A stretch of DNA of 64,000 nt, taken from the NCBI GenBank assembly GCA_035430005.1, contig DAOMFV010000001.1, positions 25,619 through 89,618 of the forward strand. Direction: 5' to 3'. Shown here in pieces: positions 8,977 through 18,062 of the stretch; position 1 is the first letter of the stretch, and the number at the start of each line of letters is the position of its first letter. The notes under the pieces are model-generated. The model made no database searches. It saw nothing but the letters and a program-made list of their open reading frames with translations, and was not told where the DNA came from. A program made the position numbers and the translations under genes. The DNA comes from Gemmatales bacterium. GTDB lineage: Bacteria > Planctomycetota > Planctomycetia > Gemmatales > HRBIN36.

Positions 8977-9016
8977 GTTGCATCGTGTTGCATTCATATT
9001 GCATTATGTTGTGCAA
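8977..9016 (+). promoter_or_regulatory. Helically phased direct repeats GTTGCAT / GTTGCAT / ATTGCAT / GTTGtGCAA
   Basis: Units start at 8977, 8987, 8998 and 9008 (periods of 10, 11 and 10 bp). They lie about 90 nt from the tRNA remnant and about 300 nt upstream of mgtA. Confidence 0.4.
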
Positions 9017-9309
9017 CATGCGTCCCTATTGCGCCCCCGGATTAGAGAACTGTCGCTCTCCACTCGGAACGATTTCTGGCACCGCATGCGCTATCACGTT
9101 TGCCAATTGAGTGGAACAATTCACTGCAGCCCGCCATGCCTGGTTCTGAAACATCAACAATCCTGCGCTGATTCGTGATCGATGCATTAGATTAGCTTAG
9201 GAAGTGGTAGCGTATGAGATGTTAGTAGATACAAGAGAAACTGCAGTCTTTTAGAAAACAAGAAGCGGATTCATTTTACCTGACGAAGGCATACACCAAC
9301 GGATTGTTC

Positions 9310-11937
9310 ATGAAACACCCGCCTACATTACCGAAGAGATTGCCGCCTCGAGACAGAGGCTTGTCTTCGGGCATCCTCGCTTCCTTGCTCATCGAAGTCG
9401 GAAAGGAAGAGCTTCAGGCAACTTTCTCTCGGCTGAATACCTCGCAACAAGGGTTATCTCAGAATGAGGTCAGGCAACGGCAGACTAAATATGGACCCAA
9501 TGTTGTGGCTCAGGGGGACCGGCATCCTATCATTCGGTTGCTTCGCAACAGCCTGCTCAATCCGCTCGTGATTCTGCTGATCATTCTGGCAGGTGCTTCT
9601 TTGCTGACTGGCGACGTCAAGGCCGCAGTAGTGATGCTAGCGATGGTGGTTCTTGGCGTAGCATTGCGGCTCGCACAGGAAGTACGGGCAGACGCTGCTG
9701 CTGCCAGGTTGCGAGCCATGATCAGCGTCCGTGCCATGGTGATGCGTGAGGGACAATCGCAGGAAGTGCCTATCAGTCAACTGGTGCCGGGTGATATTGT
9801 TCAGTTGGCTGCAGGCGACATGATCCCTGCTGATGTCAGACTTATCAGTTGTAAAGATCTCTTCTTGATGCAGGCCAGCTTAACGGGAGAGACATTCCCG
9901 GTGGAGAAGCATGCCAGCGTCATCCAGTCGAAAGGGTTGTCTGTCCTGGAGTTGAGCAACATCTGTTATCTGGGTACGAGTGTTGAAAGCGGCTCAGCCA
10001 CCGCCTTGGTGCTGACCACGGGGTTAGACACGTATCTGGGGAGCATGTCCACCGCCATCGCCGAGCAACCCGCGCCGACCAGTTTTGATCGTGGCGTTTC
10101 CTCATTTACCTGGCTGATGATCCGGATGATGCTGGTGATGGTCCCCCTGGTATTTGTCATCAATGGACTGACCAAAGGGGATTGGAAAGAGGCGTTTCTT
10201 TTCTCGCTGGCGGTAGCAGTCGGATTGACGCCGGAGATGCTGCCGATGATCATCGCCGTTTGCCTCTCGAAAGGGGCGATGGCGATGTCCAGAAAGAAAG
10301 TCATCGTTAAACGATTGAATTCAATCCAAAACCTCGGCGCGATGGACATTCTCTGCACCGATAAGACCGGCACACTGACAATGGATCAGATCATTTTGGA
10401 GAAGCACTGTGATGTTGTGCTTCGTGAAGATCAGGAAGTACTGATCCTGGCTTATTTGAACAGTCACTTCCAAACAGGCTTGAAGAATGTGATGGATCGA
10501 GCCATCCTGCAGCATTCAGAACTGAAAGAGCATCTGAACCTGCCGGGCTATTCCAAGGTAGACGAGATACCTTTCGATTTTGTCCGTCGGGTCATGTCGG
10601 TCGTGGTCGAGACGCCTGAGCATTTGCATCGGCTCATCTGCAAAGGGGCGCCTGAGGAAATCTATCATCGGTGCAGCGGCTTCCTGGTGGATGGAGAGAC
10701 GTTGCCAATGGATCACATGATCATGACCGATCTCAAGGAAGAGTTCGAGCAGTTGTGCTCTAACGGTTTTCGGGTCCTCGCCCTGGCCTATCGTGATTTT
10801 TCCCCTAAGCAGGCTTACGACAAGAATGACGAACATGATTTGATTCTTCGTGGCTATGTCGCCTTTCTGGACCCGCCCAAGGACAGCGCCAGGACCGCGC
10901 TGGAAGCTTTTCAAATGAACAGCATCGCCATCAAAGTGCTGACCGGCGACAACGAACTGGTGGGCAAGAAAATCTGTAAAGAAGTGGGACTAAACACTGA
11001 GAACACTTTGCTCGGTAGCCAGGTAGAATCGATGTCCGATACAGAGTTGCAGCGACGGGCGAATGAAACCACGCTGTTTGCTCGTGTCTCGCCTGCCCAT
11101 AAGAGGCGCATCATCCAATTGCTTCAGCAACAGGGACACGTGGTAGGGTTCCTGGGCGATGGCATTAATGATGCCCCCGCTCTGCGTGCCGCCGACGTTG
11201 GTATCTCCGTGGATACCGCTGTTGATATCGCCAAGGAATCAGCGGACGCCATCCTCCTTGAAAAAGACCTGAATGTCGTGAACGAAGGCGTTCTTGAAGG
11301 CCGCAAGGTGTTCGCTAATATCCTGAAGTACGTGCGCATGGGCGCCAGTTCCAACTTCGGCAACATGTTGAGCGTGCTTGGAGCCAGCGTGTTCCTTCCC
11401 TTCGTGCCCATGTTGCCCCTGCAAATACTACTCAACAATCTGCTCTATGATTTCTCGCAGGTTCCCATTCCTACTGACCAGGTGGACGCTGAGTTGGTCA
11501 CCAAGCCTCGCCCGTGGTCGATGAACGCCATTTTCAAGTACATCGTCATTCTCGGACCGATCAGCTCCATCTTCGATTACCTTACCTATTTCATGCTGCT
11601 CTACTTCTTCGGTTGCTGGGACCCCGCCCGGGCGTCGCTCTTCCAGACGGGATGGTTCCTCGAATCGCTCTTAACACAAACGCTGATTATTCATGTCATC
11701 CGAACCAATCGTATCCCGTTCCTGCAAAGCATGGCTAGCTGGCCACTCTTGTTCATGACCATAGTCATCCTCAGCATCGGTATTTCCCTGCCCTACTCTC
11801 CACTGGCCAGTGCGCTGGGTTTTTTTCCCATGCCGTGGAGTTACTGGGGTATGGTGATCCCCCTGGTGCTGGGTTATCTCGCTCTGACCCAGATCATTAA
11901 GACATGGATGCTCCGCCGTGGCTGGATTTCAACATAA
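9310..11937 (+). CDS. mgtA: Magnesium-translocating P-type ATPase
   Basis: Contains TGETFPVEK, CTDKTGTLT, VLTGDN and GDGINDAPALRAADVGISV, plus the MgtA-typical C-terminal block LLNNLLYDFSQVPIPTDQVD...GPISSIFDYLTY. The ATG is at 9310, with an in-frame TTG at 9304. Confidence 0.9.
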   Translation: MKHPPTLPKRLPPRDRGLSSGILASLLIEVGKEELQATFSRLNTSQQGLSQNEVRQRQTKYGPNVVAQGDRHPIIRLLRNSLLNPLVILLIILAGASLLTGDVKAAVVMLAMVVLGVALRLAQEVRADAAAARLRAMISVRAMVMREGQSQEVPISQLVPGDIVQLAAGDMIPADVRLISCKDLFLMQASLTGETFPVEKHASVIQSKGLSVLELSNICYLGTSVESGSATALVLTTGLDTYLGSMSTAIAEQPAPTSFDRGVSSFTWLMIRMMLVMVPLVFVINGLTKGDWKEAFLFSLAVAVGLTPEMLPMIIAVCLSKGAMAMSRKKVIVKRLNSIQNLGAMDILCTDKTGTLTMDQIILEKHCDVVLREDQEVLILAYLNSHFQTGLKNVMDRAILQHSELKEHLNLPGYSKVDEIPFDFVRRVMSVVVETPEHLHRLICKGAPEEIYHRCSGFLVDGETLPMDHMIMTDLKEEFEQLCSNGFRVLALAYRDFSPKQAYDKNDEHDLILRGYVAFLDPPKDSARTALEAFQMNSIAIKVLTGDNELVGKKICKEVGLNTENTLLGSQVESMSDTELQRRANETTLFARVSPAHKRRIIQLLQQQGHVVGFLGDGINDAPALRAADVGISVDTAVDIAKESADAILLEKDLNVVNEGVLEGRKVFANILKYVRMGASSNFGNMLSVLGASVFLPFVPMLPLQILLNNLLYDFSQVPIPTDQVDAELVTKPRPWSMNAIFKYIVILGPISSIFDYLTYFMLLYFFGCWDPARASLFQTGWFLESLLTQTLIIHVIRTNRIPFLQSMASWPLLFMTIVILSIGISLPYSPLASALGFFPMPWSYWGMVIPLVLGYLALTQIIKTWMLRRGWIST

Positions 11938-12019
11938 CACCGATGCTGCTTGCATCATGTGAGGAAATTCACCACAATGGGCAGGCAGGTTCTTCACCAT
12001 CACCGTTTTATTACATCAC

Positions 12020-12487
12020 ATGGATATCCTTGCCATACTACGATCCGCGACACTGCTGCAAGGCATTTCGGAGAGCCACCTTCAGAAGCTGGCGGCGTCC
12101 GCAGTTGCGCAGCATTATCCAGCAGGCACTACCCTGTTTCACGAAAATGCAGCTCATCATACCTTCTACCTTCTAGTGGAAGGCAGCGTAGCGCTGGATA
12201 TCCACATCCCACGACGAGCCCCCAGGCGTGTGTTGAGCGTAGGCCGAGGAGAGATTCTGGCATGGTCCGCCATCCTTGGTAATGGCGTGATGACCACCTC
12301 TGCCATCACGACTGCTCCCACAAGTGTAATCGCCTGGCCCGCACAAAAATTGCTCGCACTCTGCCAGGCCGATCATGAGATAGGCTTCTTGGTGATGCAG
12401 CGCATTGCTCAAGCCCTTTCCCGCCGACTGACTGCTACTCGCCTGCAACTGCTCGATATGTTTGCAGAGAATGAACCTGCCCGGTGA
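12020..12487 (+). CDS. Stand-alone cyclic-nucleotide-binding-domain protein
   Basis: The product shows a cNMP-binding beta-barrel pattern (LLQGISESHLQKLA...FHENAAHHTFYLLVEGSVAL...GRGEILAWSAIL) and has no DNA-binding domain. It lies immediately upstream of the hydrogenase genes. Confidence 0.7.
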   Translation: MDILAILRSATLLQGISESHLQKLAASAVAQHYPAGTTLFHENAAHHTFYLLVEGSVALDIHIPRRAPRRVLSVGRGEILAWSAILGNGVMTTSAITTAPTSVIAWPAQKLLALCQADHEIGFLVMQRIAQALSRRLTATRLQLLDMFAENEPAR

Positions 12488-12497
12488 CAACACTGCG

Positions 12498-13631
12498 ATG
12501 AAACCGCTGTTCCTTGCTAAAGATGAACTTGCGTCGCTGATCGATGTGCTGATCACACAGGGTTACACGGTTGTTGGTCCCACGATCAGCCAGGGCGCAA
12601 TCGTTTACGATGAGATTCATCGACTTGAACAGTTACCTCGGGGTTGGACTGATGAGCAGCATCCGGGCAAGTATCGGCTTAATAAGGGGGACGATAACGC
12701 GTACTTTGGATACGTCGTCGGGCCGCACTCGTGGAAGAAGTATCTCTTTCCGCCCCAAACAAAGATAGGTTCAGCCACAAGGGTCGAATTGGGTTGGAAG
12801 CTGGAGACTTCCAGGCCGGCACCGAAGAAGTTGGCGCTGTTGGGCACGCGTGCCTGCGAGCTGGCAGCACTGGCAGTGCAGGATCGGGTCTTTCTCGGTG
12901 GCCCTTACATTGATCCCTACTACCAGGCCCAACGGCAGAATCTGTTACTCATTGCTGTCAATTGTACCCAGGCTGCCTCCACCTGTTTCTGCACATCGAT
13001 GAACACCGGCCCACGTTGCACCACCGGTTATGATTTGGCACTGACCGAGTTGAGTGATGGCTTCATTGTCGAAGCTGGTACTCCGTCTGGGGAATCCATT
13101 GTTGGAAAACTTGTTATAAGTGAAGCGACCCCGAAGCAATTACAGCAAGGCGACGAGGCCAGGGCACAGGCTGAGAAGCAGATCACGAGACACATGGACA
13201 CCGAAGGAGTCCGTGATCTGCTGCTGAACAACCCAAATCATCCGCGATGGCAAGAAGTCGCCCAGCGGTGTCTTTCCTGTGCCAACTGCACGATGGTATG
13301 CCCTACCTGTTTCTGTTCCACTGTCAGTGAAGTGTCAGATCTGCAGGGCGATCATGTCGATCGTGTTCGTCACTGGGATTCCTGCTTTAACGTGGAGTTC
13401 AGCTATACCAATGGCGGAACGGTGCGTAAGACCATCCACGACCGATATCGTCAGTGGATGACTCATAAGTTGGCCAGCTGGCATGATCAGTTTGGCTCTT
13501 CCGGCTGTGTGGGCTGTGGACGTTGCATCACCTGGTGTCCCGTGGGAATCGATATTACGGAAGAGGTTGCCGCTATCCGCCAGTCGATTCCACTGCCGAT
13601 GGTGAGTACTAAGGGAGGCCCATCTCCATGA
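12498..13631 (+). CDS. hyhB: Group 3b [NiFe]-hydrogenase beta subunit (AsrA-like 4Fe-4S protein)
   Basis: Two ferredoxin-type clusters are present ([16 protein letters not shown] and [15 protein letters not shown]). The ATGA overlap with the next gene indicates translational coupling. The start at 12498 avoids overlap with the upstream gene. Confidence 0.8.
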   Translation: MKPLFLAKDELASLIDVLITQGYTVVGPTISQGAIVYDEIHRLEQLPRGWTDEQHPGKYRLNKGDDNAYFGYVVGPHSWKKYLFPPQTKIGSATRVELGWKLETSRPAPKKLALLGTRACELAALAVQDRVFLGGPYIDPYYQAQRQNLLLIAVNCTQAASTCFCTSMNTGPRCTTGYDLALTELSDGFIVEAGTPSGESIVGKLVISEATPKQLQQGDEARAQAEKQITRHMDTEGVRDLLLNNPNHPRWQEVAQRCLSCANCTMVCPTCFCSTVSEVSDLQGDHVDRVRHWDSCFNVEFSYTNGGTVRKTIHDRYRQWMTHKLASWHDQFGSSGCVGCGRCITWCPVGIDITEEVAAIRQSIPLPMVSTKGGPSP

Positions 13632-14458
13632 CGCTTCCCACTGAACCCTGGCTGCCCCTCTCAGCCCAACTCATCAATATCACGCCCGAGATCGTCGGTG
13701 TTGCAACCTATGACTTTGTATTGGAAGGGGCGACTCAGCCGTTTCAATATGCAGTTGGCCAGTTCAATATGCTCTACATCCCCGGCGTCGGGGAGGTTGC
13801 CATCTCGCTGAGTGGCGTAACAGGCCAGGTACTGCACCACACCATCCGGGAAGCGGGCAATGTCACTCATGCCATCGCTCAATTGAAGCTAGGCATGTCG
13901 ATTGGCCTGCGAGGGCCTTTCGGAACAGCATGGCCCTTGGATCAGTGCGTTGGCAAGGATATTGTGCTGGCTGCAGGGGGCATTGGACTCGCTCCAGTTC
14001 GACCCATCATCCATGCAGTGCTGTGCGATCCAAAACGTTTCGGGAAGCTGACGGTGCTGCATGGCGCCAGGAGCCCCAGCGGTCTGCTCTATACCGGAGA
14101 ATATGACCTCTGGCGGAATCAAGGCCTTCAAGTCGAAGTGATCGTTGATCGTGCTGATACCAATTGGCATGAACAAGTTGGCGTTATTACGCAGTTGTTG
14201 GATCGACTTCCACTTACTCGTCCGACAGAAACCATCTTGATGACCTGTGGCCCGGAGGTCATGATGCACTTCGTCGCCCGGTCAGCAATATCACGAGGTA
14301 TTGCTGAGCAGCAGATATGGCTTTCACTGGAACGTCATATGAATTGTGCTATCGGCCATTGTGGTCACTGCCAACTGGGGTCGGCGTTCGTCTGCAAGGA
14401 TGGTCCTGTGTTCCGCTATGATCGCATCAGACAATTCCTTGCTGTGGAGGGACTCTGA
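13628..14458 (+). CDS. hyhG: Group 3b [NiFe]-hydrogenase gamma subunit (FAD/NAD(P)-binding, 2Fe-2S; AsrB/PyrK-like)
   Basis: Shows a ferredoxin-reductase-type fold ([15 protein letters not shown]) and a C-terminal cluster motif [23 protein letters not shown]. Both its start and stop overlap the neighbouring genes. Confidence 0.8.
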   Translation: MTLPTEPWLPLSAQLINITPEIVGVATYDFVLEGATQPFQYAVGQFNMLYIPGVGEVAISLSGVTGQVLHHTIREAGNVTHAIAQLKLGMSIGLRGPFGTAWPLDQCVGKDIVLAAGGIGLAPVRPIIHAVLCDPKRFGKLTVLHGARSPSGLLYTGEYDLWRNQGLQVEVIVDRADTNWHEQVGVITQLLDRLPLTRPTETILMTCGPEVMMHFVARSAISRGIAEQQIWLSLERHMNCAIGHCGHCQLGSAFVCKDGPVFRYDRIRQFLAVEGL

Positions 14459-15270
14459 TGAGCAGCCTTTCGAATGGCAAGCTTACGCTCGCTGTCTTCA
14501 AGTTTGCTTCCTGCGATGGTTGCCAGTTGTCTCTACTGGATTGTGAAGATGAACTGCTGACCGTTGCAGGCCTTGTGGAAATCGCTTACTTCCTCGAAGC
14601 CAGCAGCACCACTGTGGAAGGGCCATACGATGTCACTCTGGTGGAAGGCTCCATCACCACCCCCCACGATCAGCAGCGCATTCAAGAGATCCGCAGACAG
14701 TCGAAGGTCCTCATCACCATCGGCGCTTGTGCTACCTCAGGAGGCATCCAGGCATTGCGTAACTGGGGCGACCACCAGGAGTTTCTGCGTGCCGTCTATG
14801 CCCGCCCTGATTACATCTCCAGCCTGGCTACATCCACTGCCATCAGTGACCACGTCAAAGTCGAGTATGAACTGCGTGGCTGCCCGATCAATCGTCATCA
14901 ACTCATAGAGGTGATTCGCACGTTGGTGACAGGCAGTAAGCCACGGTTGCCGTCACACAGTGTCTGTATGGAGTGCAAGCTGCGTGGCACAGTTTGCGTT
15001 GCTGTGGTCCAAGGCGTTCCCTGCCTTGGGCCCATCACTCAGGTTGGCTGTGGCGCGATCTGCCCTGCTTATGATCGTGGCTGTTACACGTGTTTCGGTC
15101 CCGCACATCAGGCGAATGCTCAAAGCCTGACCACCTATTACCAATCGCAAGGTAACAGTGGTGATGACCTGCTCCCCCTGCTCCGCAATTACAATGCATT
15201 TGCTCCTGCATTTCGTGAAGCGAGCAGCAAGATCGATGGCAAGATTCCTCTTCACCTGGCAGGTACATGA
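14458..15270 (+). CDS. hyhS: [NiFe]-hydrogenase small (delta) subunit
   Basis: It resembles the NuoB/20-kDa family: [33 protein letters not shown], plus distal Cys clusters ([26 protein letters not shown]). Confidence 0.88.
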   Translation: MSSLSNGKLTLAVFKFASCDGCQLSLLDCEDELLTVAGLVEIAYFLEASSTTVEGPYDVTLVEGSITTPHDQQRIQEIRRQSKVLITIGACATSGGIQALRNWGDHQEFLRAVYARPDYISSLATSTAISDHVKVEYELRGCPINRHQLIEVIRTLVTGSKPRLPSHSVCMECKLRGTVCVAVVQGVPCLGPITQVGCGAICPAYDRGCYTCFGPAHQANAQSLTTYYQSQGNSGDDLLPLLRNYNAFAPAFREASSKIDGKIPLHLAGT

Positions 15271-16562
15271 GTCAATTTCGAACCATTCAGGTAAACGCTC
15301 TCACCCGTGTTGAAGGGGAAGGAGGATTGCACGTCCGCCTCAAGGGCGATGTGATTGAAGAGGTGCAATTGGCCATCTACGAACCACCTAGGTTCTTCGA
15401 AGCGTTCCTCCGAGGCAGGCCGTTAACCGAAGTGCCTGACATCGTGGCCCGCATCTGTGGCATCTGCCCGGTGGCTTACCAGATGACCGCAGTACATGCC
15501 CTGGAAAACGCCCTTGGCATCACCGTTTCGCCTGAAATCAGGCAGCTTCGCCGGCTGCTCTACTGTGGCGAATGGATCGAAAGCCATGCCCTCCATGTTC
15601 ACCTGCTCCACGCTCCCGATTACTTCGGCTGCGACAGTGGCATCAAGCTGGCTGAGCGCTTCCCCCAGGAGATCGCCCGTGGTCTGCGTCTCAAAAAGCA
15701 TGGCAACGAATTGCTCGAAGCTCTTGGTGGCAGGGCCATTCATCCGATCAATGTCGCAGTCGGTGGATTCTACCGCTCGCCAAGACGGGAAGAACTGGCT
15801 AAGCTGATCCCTGACTTCCAGTGGGGCCTCGATGCTGCCATCGCTGCTACGCGCTGGGTCGCATCGTTCCCCATTCCGGAGATGAACCGCCATTACGACA
15901 TGGTTGCCCTCGTTCATCCGAATGAGTACCCGATGAACGAAGGCAATGTCTGCTCCAGCACCGGGCTGAACCTGCCCGTAAGCGACTATGAAAATGAATT
16001 CGAAGAAGAGCATGTGCCGCATAGTACAGCCCTTCACTCGGTGCGAAAACACCTGCGAAGTTGTTACCACGTCGGCCCACTGGCACGGGTGAACCTTAAC
16101 TTCAATAAGCTCTCGCCCATGGCCAGACAGGTCGCAGCCGAGGTGAGCTTCACTGTTCCTTGTAACAATCCGTTCCGATCGGTCATTGCCCGCTGTCTGG
16201 AAGTGGTGCATGCCTACGAAGAAGCTCTACAGATTCTTCAGACTTACCGTCCATTCACCCCGCCGCGCTTGCCGCTGACCTATCGCCAGGCCGAGGGCTG
16301 TGCTGCTACCGAAGCGCCCCGTGGCTTGATCTATCATCGTTACCAGGTGGACGACCAGGGGAAGGTCACCTTCGCCAAGATCGTTCCGCCCACATCACAG
16401 AATCAGAGACAGATGGAAGCCGACCTGCGCGATTACCTCCCCAGCGTGTTGCATCATCCTGACAGCCAGGCTGCTTACGAGTGTGAACGGCTGATCCGCT
16501 GTTACGATCCATGCATCAGTTGTTCGACCCACTTCCTCAAGCTCAAGGTGGAACGTGGCTGA
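15267..16562 (+). CDS. hyhL: [NiFe]-hydrogenase large (alpha) subunit, group 3
   Basis: The N-terminal Ni-binding motif RICGICP and the C-terminal DPCISCSTH are followed by a 9-aa tail that the maturation protease would remove. The length (431 aa) fits cytosolic group 3 enzymes. Confidence 0.92.
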   Translation: MSQFRTIQVNALTRVEGEGGLHVRLKGDVIEEVQLAIYEPPRFFEAFLRGRPLTEVPDIVARICGICPVAYQMTAVHALENALGITVSPEIRQLRRLLYCGEWIESHALHVHLLHAPDYFGCDSGIKLAERFPQEIARGLRLKKHGNELLEALGGRAIHPINVAVGGFYRSPRREELAKLIPDFQWGLDAAIAATRWVASFPIPEMNRHYDMVALVHPNEYPMNEGNVCSSTGLNLPVSDYENEFEEEHVPHSTALHSVRKHLRSCYHVGPLARVNLNFNKLSPMARQVAAEVSFTVPCNNPFRSVIARCLEVVHAYEEALQILQTYRPFTPPRLPLTYRQAEGCAATEAPRGLIYHRYQVDDQGKVTFAKIVPPTSQNQRQMEADLRDYLPSVLHHPDSQAAYECERLIRCYDPCISCSTHFLKLKVERG

Positions 16563-17034
16563 TCACAAACCATCACGGCTACTCGTTGGCCTGGGCAGCC
16601 ATCATGGCGACGACCAGGTGGGATGGAGGCTGGTTGAAGAGCTGGGAAATCTGACCGAAGTTCCTATTCGACAGGCTGCGGTCCCTGCCGATCTGCTGCA
16701 CTGGCTTACTGGCATTGATGAACTCTATGTCTGTGACGCCTGCCAGGGTTCAGGACAACCCGGCAAACTGCACCGGTGGGAGTATCAGTCAAGCCAACAA
16801 GCCCTCGATGACATCCTGCCTGGCGTCGAGACCTTACGTTCCGTGAACACGCACCAACTCGGCCTGGCTGCGACGCTGTCGCTGGCGCGTGGTCTGCACA
16901 TACTTCCCCGCCAAATTGTAGTTTGGGGCATTGAGGGCAAGAGATTTGAAGCAGGTCTGCCCATCTCGGCTGAACTAGCCGAATTGCTTCCAGGCATCAT
17001 CCGCCAACTGGCAAACGAACTCGATCATGCATGA
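16555..17034 (+). CDS. Hydrogenase maturation endopeptidase (HoxW/HycI family)
   Basis: GTG start overlapping hyhL. Contains the LLVGLGSHHGDDQVGW motif (GxGNxxxxDDxxG-like). The position is directly after the large subunit. Confidence 0.8.
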   Translation: MADHKPSRLLVGLGSHHGDDQVGWRLVEELGNLTEVPIRQAAVPADLLHWLTGIDELYVCDACQGSGQPGKLHRWEYQSSQQALDDILPGVETLRSVNTHQLGLAATLSLARGLHILPRQIVVWGIEGKRFEAGLPISAELAELLPGIIRQLANELDHA

Positions 17035-17368
17035 ACGATCCTTACTGATGGCATTGCTTCACCAGGTGCACTGCATCCAGGCGCAGAATGGAGATGCTGA
17101 CGTCGAAGAGATTGCGGTCGAAGCCGGTCCTCTCAGCGGGGTGGAACCCGATTTGCTCAGCACTGCTTTTACGGAGTTCACTCCACAACATCCTTACGCC
17201 AGGTTGACGATACGAGTCGTTCCGATGACATTTCTCTGTAAATCCTGTTGTCAAACGTGGACTATGGAGCGATTCGCCAGCGAGTGCCCAGCTTGCCTTT
17301 CTACCAATGTGCAAATCACCGGAGGCGATGCATTCCGGCTGCTTCATGTTACACTCAAGGATAGCTAG
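17027..17368 (+). CDS. hypA: Hydrogenase nickel-insertion protein HypA
   Basis: Has the MHERS N-terminus (the MHE nickel site) and a zinc motif CKSC...CPAC. Confidence 0.9.
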   Translation: MHERSLLMALLHQVHCIQAQNGDADVEEIAVEAGPLSGVEPDLLSTAFTEFTPQHPYARLTIRVVPMTFLCKSCCQTWTMERFASECPACLSTNVQITGGDAFRLLHVTLKDS

Positions 17369-17381
17369 TGGATCATTGCCG

Positions 17382-18062
17382 ATGAAGATCGTGGTCAACA
17401 AACCCGTGTTGAGCGAGCAGCAGGCCCAGGCTGAGCAGCTTCGCCAGGACTGGACGAAGCAAGGCACACTGGTTGTCCATCTCGTTTCATCACCGGGTAC
17501 CGGCAAAACCAGTCTGCTCGAAGCGACCGCCCGTCACTGGCATGGTCGATACCGCATCGCAGTCCTCGTCGGCGATCTGGCCACCGAGCGAGATGCTGAG
17601 CGCTTGTCTCCGCTGGCCCCCACTCAGCAACTCACGACAGGGGGAGCTTGTCACCTCGACATCGCCCTTATCCAGCAAGGCTGGTCGAAGCTGCCAGCAC
17701 ATACCTACGATTTCCTCTTCATCGAAAACGTCGGTAACCTTGTTTGCCCGGCTTCCTTTGATCTGGGCGAACATCTCCGGGTTGTGCTGCTCAGCGTCAC
17801 CGAAGGCGACGACAAGCCCGGTAAATACCCGAAGATGTTCCGTACCTGCCAGGCGCTTGTCATCAACAAGATCGATCTCTTGCCCCATGTTCCTTTCTTC
17901 GTGGAAGCTGCTACCCGGGACGCCCTGCGTATCCAGCCGGAATTGACCGTCTTGACGCTGTCCGCCTGGAAAAACATTGGCATTGAGGCCTGGTGCAGCT
18001 TTCTCGAATCCCAACGATTCCAGCGTGTGATCCCACTTGCCTCATCTAGCAGCATTTCCTGA
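17382..18062 (+). CDS. hypB: Hydrogenase nickel-incorporation GTPase HypB
   Basis: Contains the P-loop SSPGTGKTSLL, plus ENVGNLVCPA and NKIDLL. The ATG at 17382 gives the conserved N-terminus. Confidence 0.9.
   Translation: MKIVVNKPVLSEQQAQAEQLRQDWTKQGTLVVHLVSSPGTGKTSLLEATARHWHGRYRIAVLVGDLATERDAERLSPLAPTQQLTTGGACHLDIALIQQGWSKLPAHTYDFLFIENVGNLVCPASFDLGEHLRVVLLSVTEGDDKPGKYPKMFRTCQALVINKIDLLPHVPFFVEAATRDALRIQPELTVLTLSAWKNIGIEAWCSFLESQRFQRVIPLASSSSIS

Noticed and set aside
9077-9092. A sigma-54-like site, TGGCACcgcatGCGCT, upstream of mgtA.
   Set aside because: The -24 element is perfect and the GG-N10-GC spacing is correct. However, the -12 element lacks the T of TGC (it reads GCGC). The site is also 218 nt from the start codon, unlike the four consistent sites. 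The evidence is too weak to call.
8904-9178. Two overlapping Cys-rich ORFs (68 and 72 aa) in the mgtA upstream region.
   Set aside because: Their odd composition comes directly from the TTGCAT/TGC repeat array. They have no RBS, use non-ATG or weak starts, and overlap each other. They are treated as non-coding.
8888-9309. An M-box riboswitch or mgtL-type leader peptide upstream of mgtA.
   Set aside because: I could not find the conserved M-box core segments or a proline-rich leader ORF by eye. An Infernal scan would be needed to exclude a divergent element.
11938-12019. A sigma-54 promoter in front of the cNMP-binding gene and the hydrogenase cluster.
   Set aside because: No GG-N10-GC match with TGGCA-like and TGC elements was found. 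A TTGCAT is present but has no GG at the required distance.
15423-16211. A 262-aa antisense ORF inside the hydrogenase large-subunit gene.
   Set aside because: This is a shadow ORF opposite a well-supported gene, with no motifs. The same reasoning applies to 3566-4511, 5253-5846, 17490-18178 and 38222-38908.
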